Shown in pieces: positions 9,117 through 18,506 of a DNA stretch of 64,000 nt. The DNA comes from an uncultured Bacteroidota bacterium (GTDB lineage Bacteria > Bacteroidota > Bacteroidia > Bacteroidales > GWA2-32-17), in assembly GCA_903837285.1 (NCBI GenBank), contig CAILUD010000101.1, positions 9,815 to 73,814 on the forward strand. Reading direction: 5' to 3'. The notes beneath the pieces were generated by a model. That model ran no database searches and was not told the DNA's origin. It was given only the letters and a program-made list of their open reading frames with translations. The position numbers were made by a program, and so were the translations under genes. Position 1 is the first letter of the stretch. The number at the start of each line of letters is the position of its first letter.

Positions 9117-12100
9117 ATGAAAACAATTAGACTTTTTAGCTTATTATTTCTCATTTTTTTTAGCTTAATTAAAAACGGCTCTTGTCAGATTACCATTTCT
9201 ACAATGAATAATTCTGCCAGTTTTTTTGTTGATCAGCTGGTTGGAACAGGCGTAACTTATTCTAATGCAACTTTCAGTAATACAGGAGCTGCTTATGCAA
9301 GTACATCTTCTTCAAATTATGGGCTATTTAATAACGCATCCTCTGTAATTGGAATAAACAGCGGTATAATTTTATCAACCGGAAATGTTTTAGGTGCTCC
9401 TGGTCCAAACTCAACACCCTCTTTGTCTACTGTAAATGCAAGAGGTGGAGATGGCACATTAAACGCAATAGTAACTCCAACATATGATGCAATGGGTTTA
9501 GAATTTGATTTTGTTCCTGAATCTAACATAATCACTTTTAGATATGTTTTTGCTTCTGAAGAATATAATGAATTTGTTGGCGATGTTTACAATGATGTTT
9601 TTGGATTCTTTGTTACTGGGGGTCCAGAAGCTTATTCAAATAAAAATATTGCTATTGTTCCAGGCACTGGAACTACACCGGTTGCTATTAATTCTGTAAA
9701 TAATGGATATGGCGCAGCCGGGGCAACAGGTAACGGATCAGGCACTAATAGCTCATATTACAGAGACAATGGAGTAGGTTCGTATAATATTCAATACGAT
9801 GGACTTACTACAGTTTTAACGGCTACCTGCAATGTTACTCCTTGTGCTTCATATCACATGAAAATAATTATTGCCGATGTTTCTGATTACGTTTATGATT
9901 CTGGCGTTTTTCTTGAGTCTGGTAGTTTTACTAGTCCATCAATTAATCATATTAATATAGCATACTCAAATCCTTCAGCAGGAGGAAATGCTGCCATGGT
10001 TGAAGGATGTAGTAACGGGCAAATAACATTTGGTTTAACCGGCCCTACTCCTTTTAATCGAAATATACCATTTTCAATTTCAGGATCTGCTACTTACGGA
10101 ACTGACTTTTATACCATACCTGATATTTCGGGAACATGGTCGGCTCCAAATAATTATTACGTTACAATTCCTGCCGGACAAGCTATTACAACCCTTACTA
10201 TAGTTCCAATAAACGAAGGCACCGTAGAAGGGATAGAAGATGTCGCATTTTCTATACAAACAAATTTATGCGGAGCACCAATTATCCAAAATGGGTCATT
10301 AAATATTTTAGATAACTCGACACCTTTTTCAAGTTCCATTTCTCCAGATCAAAATATCTGCCTTGGGAATAATGCAACATTAGCTTTAAGCTTAACTGGC
10401 GGGCAAGCTCCAATTTCATACAATTGGAACCCTACAGGTTATACCACTAACCCAATTACAGTAAATCCGCCTTCCACTCAGACATATACTGTTATAGCAA
10501 CAGATGCTTGTGGAGCTACAACAACTGGCACAACATCAGTTAGTGTAAATAACATTCCTACTGTTGTTCCTTTTCCTACGTCACAAACATTATGCAGTGG
10601 TGAAACAACAAACATTACACTTTCATCAGGAGTAACCGGAACTATATATAACTGGACTATAAGCGCAGGAGCTAATATCACAGGGGCATCATCAGGCTCA
10701 GATGTTGCCATTTCACAAACTCTTATAAATTCAGGCACAAGTCAGGAAACAGTGACCTATACAGTAACTCCATCTGCTAATGGTTGCGACGGACCACCAA
10801 CTAACATTATTATATCTGTTAATCCAACACCAACCGCAACAGCTATAACAACAGCTGTTACAACCTGTACCGGGATCCCAGATGGAACCATAACAATAAA
10901 CGCTACAGGAGGAACTGCCCCACTCAATTATGCATTAGACGGTGGTGCAACTGCTGCAAATAATATATTTTCAAATATTGGTGTTGGTAGTCATACTGCT
11001 GTTATATATGACGCTGCCGGTTGTCAATTTACATTAAACAACATCGATGTAATAGGGAATACTGGCATTTCAATCACAAATATAATACCTGTTAATGTGA
11101 ATTGTTATGGAGAAACAACTGGAAGTTTAACAATTACAGCGCCAGGTGCAACAGAATATAGCATTAATAACGGCACTGACTGGTTTCCATCAAATGTTTT
11201 CTTAGGGTTACCAGCAGGAAATTATAGTGTTATAGTTAAAGATGCAGGTAATTGTCAGGATGCACAAAGCATTTCAATTTCCTCACCTTCAGCAATTGAA
11301 ACTGACTCTACGGTTACCAATATGCTTTGTACTGTATTAGGAAATGCTTTAATAAATGTAACAGGCGGGGTTGAACCTTATTCATATAATTGGTTCGATA
11401 GTTCAACATTGCCTTCCCATAACAATTTAACAAATGGCAATTATTTAGTAACAATTACTGATGCCAATATTTGTTCATTAATAACATCAGTGAATATTGG
11501 ATATGACGCTGGAAATTTAAGTATTCAAAATAATATTTCAAATATTTCATGCCATGGCGATTCAACAGGCAGTATTTCACTTGTAGTGCAAAATGGAACA
11601 TCACCATTTATTGCAGCATGGTCTGGAATTTCAGACACAAATCTTTCCCTTTCAGGATTAGGATCTGGAAATTACAACGTAACTATAACAGACAATAATG
11701 GATGTACTGCAAGTTCATTTATGTCTATTATTGAACCAACACAAATATTGCTTGATTCAACAGTTGTTAATCATACTTGCGGTACCTTAGGAAGTGCATC
11801 AATAATTCCAACTGGTGGAACTCCTGGATATTTATATTATTGGAGTGTTCCCGGATCAACCGCAACAATTAACGACATACCTGCTGGAAGCTATACAGTA
11901 ACAGTTACTGACTCTTACAATTGTTCTGCAACATTAACAACTGTTATTGACCTGATTCCTGCAACAGGAATTGGTCAGATAACACAAAATAATTTATTAT
12001 GTTATGGAGATACTAATGCATCAGCTACCGTAATTATGACTAATGGCTCAGCCCCTTTTAACTGTATCTGGCAACATGATTTAACAAATAACACAAATAC

Positions 12101-12938
12101 TGCTTCAAATTTATCAGCAGGAAATTATTACGTAACCGTTACCGATACATATGGCGCTTGTATTGTACCATTAACAGTGAGTATTTCTCAGCCACAAGCA
12201 CTAAACATTAATCCTTTAGTAACAAATATTACATGCAATAATTTAAATAATGGAATAATAGTTGCAAATGGATCTGGGGGCACAATACCACACCTATTCC
12301 ATTGGTCAAACAATGCTACAAGTTCAAGTATAAGTAACCTTTCAGAAGGAACATACGGATTAACAATTACTGATGGAAATAACTGTATCGATTCTGTTTT
12401 AAATATTACTATTACAAATCCAACAGAACTGTCTACTTCAACTTCGTTCGTTAATCCTACCTTCTACAACTCTACTGATGGAGCAGCAACAATATATGTA
12501 AATGGAGGAACTATTCCATACTCATACATTTGGTCATCTGGTCAAACAACACAAATTATTACAAACATTGGAAATGGTCTATATATTGTTACGATTTCTG
12601 ACTATAATAATTGCAATGAAATTGATACTATTTTAATTGATGTTCCAGAATTACCAGTTGAAATTCCAACTGTAATAACACCTAATGGCGATGGTGCAAA
12701 TGATGATTTTGAAATCACAAATATTCTTGGTTATACTGATATAACAGTTGAGATTTATAACAGATGGGGAGATAAAATATTTATTTTCACTGGCACTGGA
12801 ATGGAATATACAACTAGTTCTAATCGCTGGAATGGAACCAGAAAAGGAAAAGACCTGCCAATGGGTGGATATATTTTTATTGTTAAATTAAATAATGACA
12901 AAGAACCCTTAACTGGAGTTGTATCTATTATACGTTAA
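9117..12938 (+). CDS. Giant T9SS type-B cargo adhesin: choice-of-anchor-L domain plus SprB-type repeats
   Basis: 1273 aa with signal peptide. N-terminal region (FASEEYNEFVG..NDVFGFF...YDSGVFLESGSF) resembles choice-of-anchor L. There are many about 75-aa repeats with C.G...G.I...GG..PY.Y.W. C-terminus ITPNGDGANDDFEI...WNG matches the T9SS type-B (gliding-motility) sorting domain. Confidence 0.85.
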   Translation: MKTIRLFSLLFLIFFSLIKNGSCQITISTMNNSASFFVDQLVGTGVTYSNATFSNTGAAYASTSSSNYGLFNNASSVIGINSGIILSTGNVLGAPGPNSTPSLSTVNARGGDGTLNAIVTPTYDAMGLEFDFVPESNIITFRYVFASEEYNEFVGDVYNDVFGFFVTGGPEAYSNKNIAIVPGTGTTPVAINSVNNGYGAAGATGNGSGTNSSYYRDNGVGSYNIQYDGLTTVLTATCNVTPCASYHMKIIIADVSDYVYDSGVFLESGSFTSPSINHINIAYSNPSAGGNAAMVEGCSNGQITFGLTGPTPFNRNIPFSISGSATYGTDFYTIPDISGTWSAPNNYYVTIPAGQAITTLTIVPINEGTVEGIEDVAFSIQTNLCGAPIIQNGSLNILDNSTPFSSSISPDQNICLGNNATLALSLTGGQAPISYNWNPTGYTTNPITVNPPSTQTYTVIATDACGATTTGTTSVSVNNIPTVVPFPTSQTLCSGETTNITLSSGVTGTIYNWTISAGANITGASSGSDVAISQTLINSGTSQETVTYTVTPSANGCDGPPTNIIISVNPTPTATAITTAVTTCTGIPDGTITINATGGTAPLNYALDGGATAANNIFSNIGVGSHTAVIYDAAGCQFTLNNIDVIGNTGISITNIIPVNVNCYGETTGSLTITAPGATEYSINNGTDWFPSNVFLGLPAGNYSVIVKDAGNCQDAQSISISSPSAIETDSTVTNMLCTVLGNALINVTGGVEPYSYNWFDSSTLPSHNNLTNGNYLVTITDANICSLITSVNIGYDAGNLSIQNNISNISCHGDSTGSISLVVQNGTSPFIAAWSGISDTNLSLSGLGSGNYNVTITDNNGCTASSFMSIIEPTQILLDSTVVNHTCGTLGSASIIPTGGTPGYLYYWSVPGSTATINDIPAGSYTVTVTDSYNCSATLTTVIDLIPATGIGQITQNNLLCYGDTNASATVIMTNGSAPFNCIWQHDLTNNTNTASNLSAGNYYVTVTDTYGACIVPLTVSISQPQALNINPLVTNITCNNLNNGIIVANGSGGTIPHLFHWSNNATSSSISNLSEGTYGLTITDGNNCIDSVLNITITNPTELSTSTSFVNPTFYNSTDGAATIYVNGGTIPYSYIWSSGQTTQIITNIGNGLYIVTISDYNNCNEIDTILIDVPELPVEIPTVITPNGDGANDDFEITNILGYTDITVEIYNRWGDKIFIFTGTGMEYTTSSNRWNGTRKGKDLPMGGYIFIVKLNNDKEPLTGVVSIIR

Positions 12939-12957
12939 ACTATTTTTAATATAATTT

Positions 12958-12990
12958 AAGACTGTTAATTTAAATTAGCAGTCTTTTTTT
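12958..12990 (+). terminator. Rho-independent terminator of the adhesin gene
   Basis: AAGACTG...CAGTCTT stem with an AT-rich inner stem, followed by TTTTTT. Confidence 0.7.
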
Positions 12991-13012
12991 ATTCAACAAA
13001 AAATAAAATTAA

Positions 13013-13020
13013 TAGCTTTG
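13013..13020 (+). promoter_or_regulatory. Candidate -7 box (TAGCTTTG) for murI
   Basis: TAnnTTTG match 17 nt upstream of the 13037 start. The implied leader is very short, so confidence is low. Confidence 0.3.
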
Positions 13021-13036
13021 CTTTAGATTTTAAATT

Positions 13037-13867
13037 ATGCTAAACAATTCTCCTGGTCCGATTGGTGTTTTCGATTCCGGTTACGGCGGACTAACAATTT
13101 TAAAGGAATTTAAGAAACAATTACCTGAATACGACTATATCTACTTAGGCGATAATGCCCGTGCACCATACGGAGGCAGATCTTTTTATGTAGTATACCA
13201 ATATACCCTTCAGGCAGTAAATCATTTATTTTCGCAAGGTTGTCAATTAGTTGTTTTGGCTTGCAATACTGCTTCTGCAAAAGCATTACGAACAATTCAG
13301 CAAAACGATTTACCAAAAATAGATTCTAAAAGAAGAGTGCTTGGAGTAATAAGACCAAGTGCCGAAGCAGTTGGAAACTTAACTAAATCAAGAGAAGTTG
13401 GAATTCTTGGAACCACAGGAACAGTACTTTCTGAGTCATATCCAATTGAAATTCAAAAACTTTTTCCAGATATTAAAACATATCAGCAAGCTTGTCCACT
13501 TTGGGTTCCTTTAGTGGAAAATGAAGAATATAAAAATGCTGGTGCTGATTATTTTTTCGAGAAAGACATTAGAGCTCTGCTTTCTCAAAGCAAAAATATT
13601 GACACAATAATTTTAGGCTGCACACATTACCCATTAATTGTTGATGCTATAAGAAAATTCATCCCTTCAAACATAAAATTAATATCTCAGGACACAATTA
13701 TTGCAGACAGTCTGACAGATTATTTAAACAGGCACCCTGAAATTGAAAATAAATGCACAAAAAACGGAACTATAAAATTTGAAACAACAGATATCTCAGA
13801 TGTTTTTTCGGCAAGAGGTGAAATTTTTTATGGCAAGAAAATAGAGTCAGAACAAATTACACTCTGA
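13037..13867 (+). CDS. murI: Glutamate racemase
   Basis: 276 aa. VFDSGYGGLT, LACNTASA, LGCTHYPL. Confidence 0.9.
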   Translation: MLNNSPGPIGVFDSGYGGLTILKEFKKQLPEYDYIYLGDNARAPYGGRSFYVVYQYTLQAVNHLFSQGCQLVVLACNTASAKALRTIQQNDLPKIDSKRRVLGVIRPSAEAVGNLTKSREVGILGTTGTVLSESYPIEIQKLFPDIKTYQQACPLWVPLVENEEYKNAGADYFFEKDIRALLSQSKNIDTIILGCTHYPLIVDAIRKFIPSNIKLISQDTIIADSLTDYLNRHPEIENKCTKNGTIKFETTDISDVFSARGEIFYGKKIESEQITL

Positions 13868-15044
13868 TTCCAATTACTAAAATATCATCAACCTGTTCTT
13901 CATTCCCTTTCCAATCTAAAAATCTCTTTTTAAGATATTGTTTTTGAACATCAACTGGTTCATCGCAAACCTGAATTAAAATTTCTTCAAGTTGTTTATA
14001 TTTTAATTTCTTTCCTTTTGGTCCGCCAAACTGATCGGCATACCCATCAGAAAAAAGATAAACCATATCGCCTTTTGATACTGGTAAACCATTATTTGTA
14101 TATACATCTCCTACTTCGTCTTCGTTTACTCCAATTGGAAATTTATCAGCTTTTACTTCTATCAGCTCTTTGTTATGAATATAATAAATGGAATTATATG
14201 CACCAGCATATTCAAACGTACGCATCTGGTTATCAATACTCACAACAGATAAATCCATTCCATCTTTAACTCCACTTTCGTTATGAGCCTGTCTTAAGAT
14301 TTCAGTTACCCCAACATCTAAAAATCCGAGTATATCTGAAGGTCTGGTTATTCTATTTATTTTTACTGCCTGATTTAATAGGTTATATCCGATAACCGAC
14401 ATCATAGCTCCGGGCACTCCATGACCAGTACAATCAACAGCAGCAACAACAGTATAACCATTAGCCTGTTCAACAAAAAAGAAATCTCCACTAACAACAT
14501 CTTTTGGCATATATAAAATAAAACTATTAGGAAGACATTGATTTAAATAATGCTCAGGTGGTAACAATGCACACTGAATTCGGTATGCATATTCAATACT
14601 ATCAGTTAATTCTTTCTTTTGATGCGTAATAGTTGACATTTGCGAAACAACTAAATCACGTTGTGCTTCAATTTCATCACGCTGAGCAGTAATCTCATCT
14701 CTTTGAGAAGTTATTTCTTCTTTATGCTGCTCCAAATACTGATTACGAACTTCAATATCATTCTTTTGATTTTCAATAATTCTTTTCTGAGCTTTAATAA
14801 ACTTATCCCAATAAATTATACCCTCAATTATTATCCAAATTAAGAAAAACAAAAAAGTAAGGATTGCATAATCAGAGAATATTTTTTTAAAGAACGAATC
14901 CGATTCCAACGATTTTTCTAAAGGAAAGAAAAACAAATAGACTATTGCTGCAATAAAAGCTAAAAAGAAAAAAGTATAACCATAAACAAATTGCTTACGT
15001 GTTACTGGTATTATACCATATATTTTAATTTTAAATTCTTCCAT
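13857..15044 (-). CDS. Membrane-anchored SpoIIE/PP2C-family serine phosphatase with coiled-coil linker
   Basis: 395 aa. Two N-terminal TM helices, heptad segment EITSQRDEITAQRDEIEAQRD, then IEYAYRIQCALLP, DCTGHGVPGAMMS, SDGYADQFGG. The 3-prime end overlaps murI convergently by 11 nt. Confidence 0.85.
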   Translation of the reverse strand: MEEFKIKIYGIIPVTRKQFVYGYTFFFLAFIAAIVYLFFFPLEKSLESDSFFKKIFSDYAILTFLFFLIWIIIEGIIYWDKFIKAQKRIIENQKNDIEVRNQYLEQHKEEITSQRDEITAQRDEIEAQRDLVVSQMSTITHQKKELTDSIEYAYRIQCALLPPEHYLNQCLPNSFILYMPKDVVSGDFFFVEQANGYTVVAAVDCTGHGVPGAMMSVIGYNLLNQAVKINRITRPSDILGFLDVGVTEILRQAHNESGVKDGMDLSVVSIDNQMRTFEYAGAYNSIYYIHNKELIEVKADKFPIGVNEDEVGDVYTNNGLPVSKGDMVYLFSDGYADQFGGPKGKKLKYKQLEEILIQVCDEPVDVQKQYLKKRFLDWKGNEEQVDDILVIGIRV

Positions 15045-15210
15045 ATCAAAAAATGATTTTTATCGAATATTATTTAACAAAAATATGAAATGCATTTTAT
15101 TTGAATGCATTATTTTAAATTAAGTTTTAAAACTATCTATTTTTTTGCTCATTTCAGAAACTGTTATGAATTTTAATTCCTTTTAACAAGTAAATAAATA
15201 CATTTACCAT

Positions 15211-15297
15211 AAAATCAATTTATTTGCCCCAAGCCCTAAAGGGAGTAAATTGATTTTCGACACACCCTTTCCCGAATGGATGCCTATGGCAAGGGTG
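15211..15297. repeat. Nested inverted-repeat element in a divergent intergenic region
   Basis: 12-bp stem AAAATCAATTTA (15211-15222) / TAAATTGATTTT (15246-15257) encloses CCCT-AA-AGGG. Then CACCCTT (15263-15269) / AAGGGTG (15291-15297). Confidence 0.5.
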
Positions 15298-15364
15298 GGG
15301 TAAATGTTGAAAATCATTACCTAAAAAACTTAAAAAATTCAAAACAGTTTCTCATATTAATATT

Positions 15365-15372
15365 TAAATTTG
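15365..15372 (+). promoter_or_regulatory. Candidate -7 box (TAAATTTG)
   Basis: TAnnTTTG match 26 nt upstream of the 15398 start. Confidence 0.35.
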
Positions 15373-15397
15373 AGAACAATTACGAAATGCTTAAAAA

Positions 15398-18298
15398 ATG
15401 GAAAAAAACATAAAAAAAGGCTGGTCAGAATTAATGACAGACTTCACGTTGTTAAACGTTGAAGGAAGTTTTCCTTTACCTGCATACTCTGAATTTATGC
15501 CTCCTCCACGAATAGGAAGAACACCATATGGCGAAGTTGATTCCAGTATATTTTCAAAAGATGATGATTATGGCTGGCATATTTCCGAACTCGAAGAAGA
15601 AAGTGAATTAAAACCAGGCATTGAGCATATTGGAAAACAAATAATGCATCAAATTATTAAGCTTGGAAAAGGAGAAACAGTAAACCATATTTTCGGCCAT
15701 CAACATCAGAATTTAATTAATAACCCATATTGGCCTGATGATTTAGCAAAAAGAGCGGGCAAATTAATTAATGAAAAATATGTTGTTTTTCTACCACTTG
15801 TGTATTCCAGAACACAAGATGATAAAGGCAGAGTAAGATGGACGCTTTTTGGCGGAAGCGAACAAGGTCCGGAAAAAGCATTTTGGAAAAGTTTTTACAA
15901 TTCCCCTGAAATTGAAAAAGACGAAAAAGAATCATTAGATTTTATTCAACAAATTATTGCCAATGCTTATGGTGAAAACTTTAACGAGCTTAATAATTTA
16001 AATTCGTGCGGTTTCAAAATTTTGCCAACGAGCTCAGATTCATCGCTTCCTTCGTGGACAAAACAGCATGAGATAACCGACAAAGAATCTTTTGATAATG
16101 TAAGATACCTACTCACTTTTAAACCATTTTCAAAATTACCTGAAAAAGTAAAAGAACAATATTTTAATGGAAAAACAGCAATCCTACCTTTCCCAGGAAG
16201 TCTTGTCTTTTGGGGTATGCCAACATATAACAAATTAAAACACGAACTACCAACGGCTCCTCAAATTGCATTATTAAAATTAGTAGCAAGACATAGTGGG
16301 CATGGTGGAATACGAGTTCCACAATCAGGCTGGTTGCATGAACCTCATCCTGATTTAAAACAATCTGATTTTCATCAGAACCTTGTTAGCAATACTTATC
16401 ATCGCACACATCGCTGGCAACGAATACATAAACACGAAGACGAATTAACACAACAACCTAGAGTCGCAAAATTAATTAAAGTATTGTTTAGCACCGATTT
16501 AGAAACTATTGGTCTTTACGATAAACCACTTGCAAGAAATTGCGAATTATGGACAAAAGATTATAAATTAGTTTTAGACGGGCCAAAAGCAAAAAGAATA
16601 AATATTTTACATGCAGAAGCCCATATAGCAAAAGGAGGATTATTTGGTTATCGTTTTCTTTTTCCACCTATGCAGGTTGGCTTACACGAAATATATTGGC
16701 ACAGACCACTAGTTGCATATTTATCAGCAAAAACAAATGAAATAACAATTCACACTGAAAGTTTAAACGGATATATAACAGCATATAATATTCACGATAA
16801 AAATATTGATACATCTATTGAATTATGGCCTAGATTAACAAAACGAAAAACTCATTTAACTGCCCTTAATTCATTAGACAGAAAACACGATCATTATCAT
16901 CATCAAACGGCACATAACATCATAACATTAATTAATAAATATAATGAATTAGGCGGAAAACCATTAACCAGAGAATTTGCAAGACATTTATTACAAATCA
17001 GTAAACACGAGACCTTAGACCAATGGTTAAGTGAAATTATTGTTAAAGCAACTAATAAAGCCGACGGAGAATTTTTATTACAAGAAGTTGAAAAAGTAAT
17101 TGAATCAAAAGAAAAAATTAACTCATTACCAGAACCTATAACATTTAACAAAACTGCAAGCCGAACTTTTGAAGAAGCATGGTGGAATGACATTAATTTT
17201 CTTGCACATGGAGCATTTATCAATAAAGACAATGCAGATTGCGTTCAGGATGACCCTACTTTAACAAATATCACACATAAAAAGAGAGACCTTGAACCTT
17301 TAGGCGATTATCTAATTGAAAGACATAAAAAAGCAATTTCAGAAGCAAAAATGGAAGGAATTGCATATTGTGGCGAAACACCATTTAAATGGGATACTGA
17401 TTTTTCATTTGATGCATTTGGCGGTTGGAGAATGAATCAGGAAGGAAAGTCTTACGAAAGAAATATTATTGTAGTAATTCCGGGCAAAAACAGAAATGAA
17501 GCCGTTGTTATGGGCGACCATTACGACACTGCATACATGGAAGATATTTATGATAAAGATGGAGGTGGTACTGGAGCACGATTATCTGCAAAAGGTGCCG
17601 ACGATAATTATTCTGCTTCTTCTACCCTTTTGCAGGCAGCACCAATTTTTCTTGAAATGTCAAAAAAAGGGCTTTTAGAAAGAGATGTCTGGTTAATGCA
17701 CATCACTGGCGAAGAGTTCCCATCTGATTGCTTAGGGGCAAGATTTTTTTGCCGTTCGTTAGTTGAAAAGACTTTAAAACTTCATTTGGGCGACGAAAAA
17801 TATATTGATCTGTCAACGACAAAAATTGTTGGGGCCTTTGTTATGGATATGATCGGTCACAATAAAGATACTGATCGTGATATTTTTCAGATTTCACCTG
17901 GAAAAACTGTTAACTCTACCAAAATTGCATACGAAGCTCATCTGGCAAATTTAATGTGGAATAAATTAGCGCATAAATTAAATTGTGATACTGATCGTAA
18001 TAAACTTACACATGGAAAAAGAAGTATTGATGGAATAACAATTCCTGAAGTTGCAAAACACTTACCATTAATGGGCGAAGTGCGCACACAATTACATACA
18101 CATAGCTCGCTATACAATACAGATTGTCAGATTTTATCTGATGTAGGTGTTCCAGTTGTTCTTTTTATGGAAAACTATGATTTGCATCGAACAGGTTATC
18201 ACGACACCCACGATACCATGGAGAATATAGATCTGGATTATGGTTCTGCTTTTGCAGCTATATGTATTGAGACTGTTGCCAGGGTTGCTACACTTTAA
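15398..18298 (+). CDS. Large cytoplasmic protein: unknown about 690-aa N-terminal region fused to an M28 zinc peptidase domain
   Basis: 966 aa, no signal peptide. C-terminal motifs GDHYDT, GADDNYSAS, ITGEEF, MDMIGH and GYHDTHDT fit the five M28 metal-ligand positions. I recognise nothing in the N-terminal region. Confidence 0.8.
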   Translation: MEKNIKKGWSELMTDFTLLNVEGSFPLPAYSEFMPPPRIGRTPYGEVDSSIFSKDDDYGWHISELEEESELKPGIEHIGKQIMHQIIKLGKGETVNHIFGHQHQNLINNPYWPDDLAKRAGKLINEKYVVFLPLVYSRTQDDKGRVRWTLFGGSEQGPEKAFWKSFYNSPEIEKDEKESLDFIQQIIANAYGENFNELNNLNSCGFKILPTSSDSSLPSWTKQHEITDKESFDNVRYLLTFKPFSKLPEKVKEQYFNGKTAILPFPGSLVFWGMPTYNKLKHELPTAPQIALLKLVARHSGHGGIRVPQSGWLHEPHPDLKQSDFHQNLVSNTYHRTHRWQRIHKHEDELTQQPRVAKLIKVLFSTDLETIGLYDKPLARNCELWTKDYKLVLDGPKAKRINILHAEAHIAKGGLFGYRFLFPPMQVGLHEIYWHRPLVAYLSAKTNEITIHTESLNGYITAYNIHDKNIDTSIELWPRLTKRKTHLTALNSLDRKHDHYHHQTAHNIITLINKYNELGGKPLTREFARHLLQISKHETLDQWLSEIIVKATNKADGEFLLQEVEKVIESKEKINSLPEPITFNKTASRTFEEAWWNDINFLAHGAFINKDNADCVQDDPTLTNITHKKRDLEPLGDYLIERHKKAISEAKMEGIAYCGETPFKWDTDFSFDAFGGWRMNQEGKSYERNIIVVIPGKNRNEAVVMGDHYDTAYMEDIYDKDGGGTGARLSAKGADDNYSASSTLLQAAPIFLEMSKKGLLERDVWLMHITGEEFPSDCLGARFFCRSLVEKTLKLHLGDEKYIDLSTTKIVGAFVMDMIGHNKDTDRDIFQISPGKTVNSTKIAYEAHLANLMWNKLAHKLNCDTDRNKLTHGKRSIDGITIPEVAKHLPLMGEVRTQLHTHSSLYNTDCQILSDVGVPVVLFMENYDLHRTGYHDTHDTMENIDLDYGSAFAAICIETVARVATL

Positions 18299-18310
18299 CT
18301 TATTCTATAA

Positions 18311-18446
18311 CAACGTTCAATTGTCAAATCAAAATTATTGTAGGGTCGAAAGACCTGACAACAGAAAAAACTAACAATGCAGTAAGGTTATTCGACCTGT
18401 TAGCAATTAAAGTTACACAACATCAAAATAATTATTGAACGTTTGA
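18311..18446. repeat. Inverted-repeat-bounded GC-richer element between the M28 gene and pepD
   Basis: AACGTTCAAT (18312-18321) pairs with ATTGAACGTT (18436-18445). Inside are two mini-hairpins, GGTC-GAAA-GACC (18344-18355) and AGGT-TATTCG-ACCT (18386-18399). Confidence 0.35.
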
Positions 18447-18506
18447 TTTATAAAATAAAAAAATACTTACTTTTAAATTCTTAATTGAAACTAAAATACA
18501 AATAAC

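Noticed and set aside
14018-14843. Small + strand ORFs (14018..14269, 14661..14843) and other 60-110 aa ORFs at 915, 2626, 9317, 10157, 10478, 13110, 15967, 16903, 17496, 19220, 22440, 30977, 31501, 32210, 33777, 35279, 37107, 37430, 38484, 38795, 39337, 39796, 40257, 40435, 43643
   Set aside because: All are nested within or antisense to longer ORFs with clear domain signatures. None has independent support.
15211-15297. Riboswitch upstream of the M28 fusion gene
   Set aside because: The structure is real, but I cannot match it to any riboswitch class from memory, and it sits upstream of the best -7 box. It is kept only as an unexplained inverted-repeat element.
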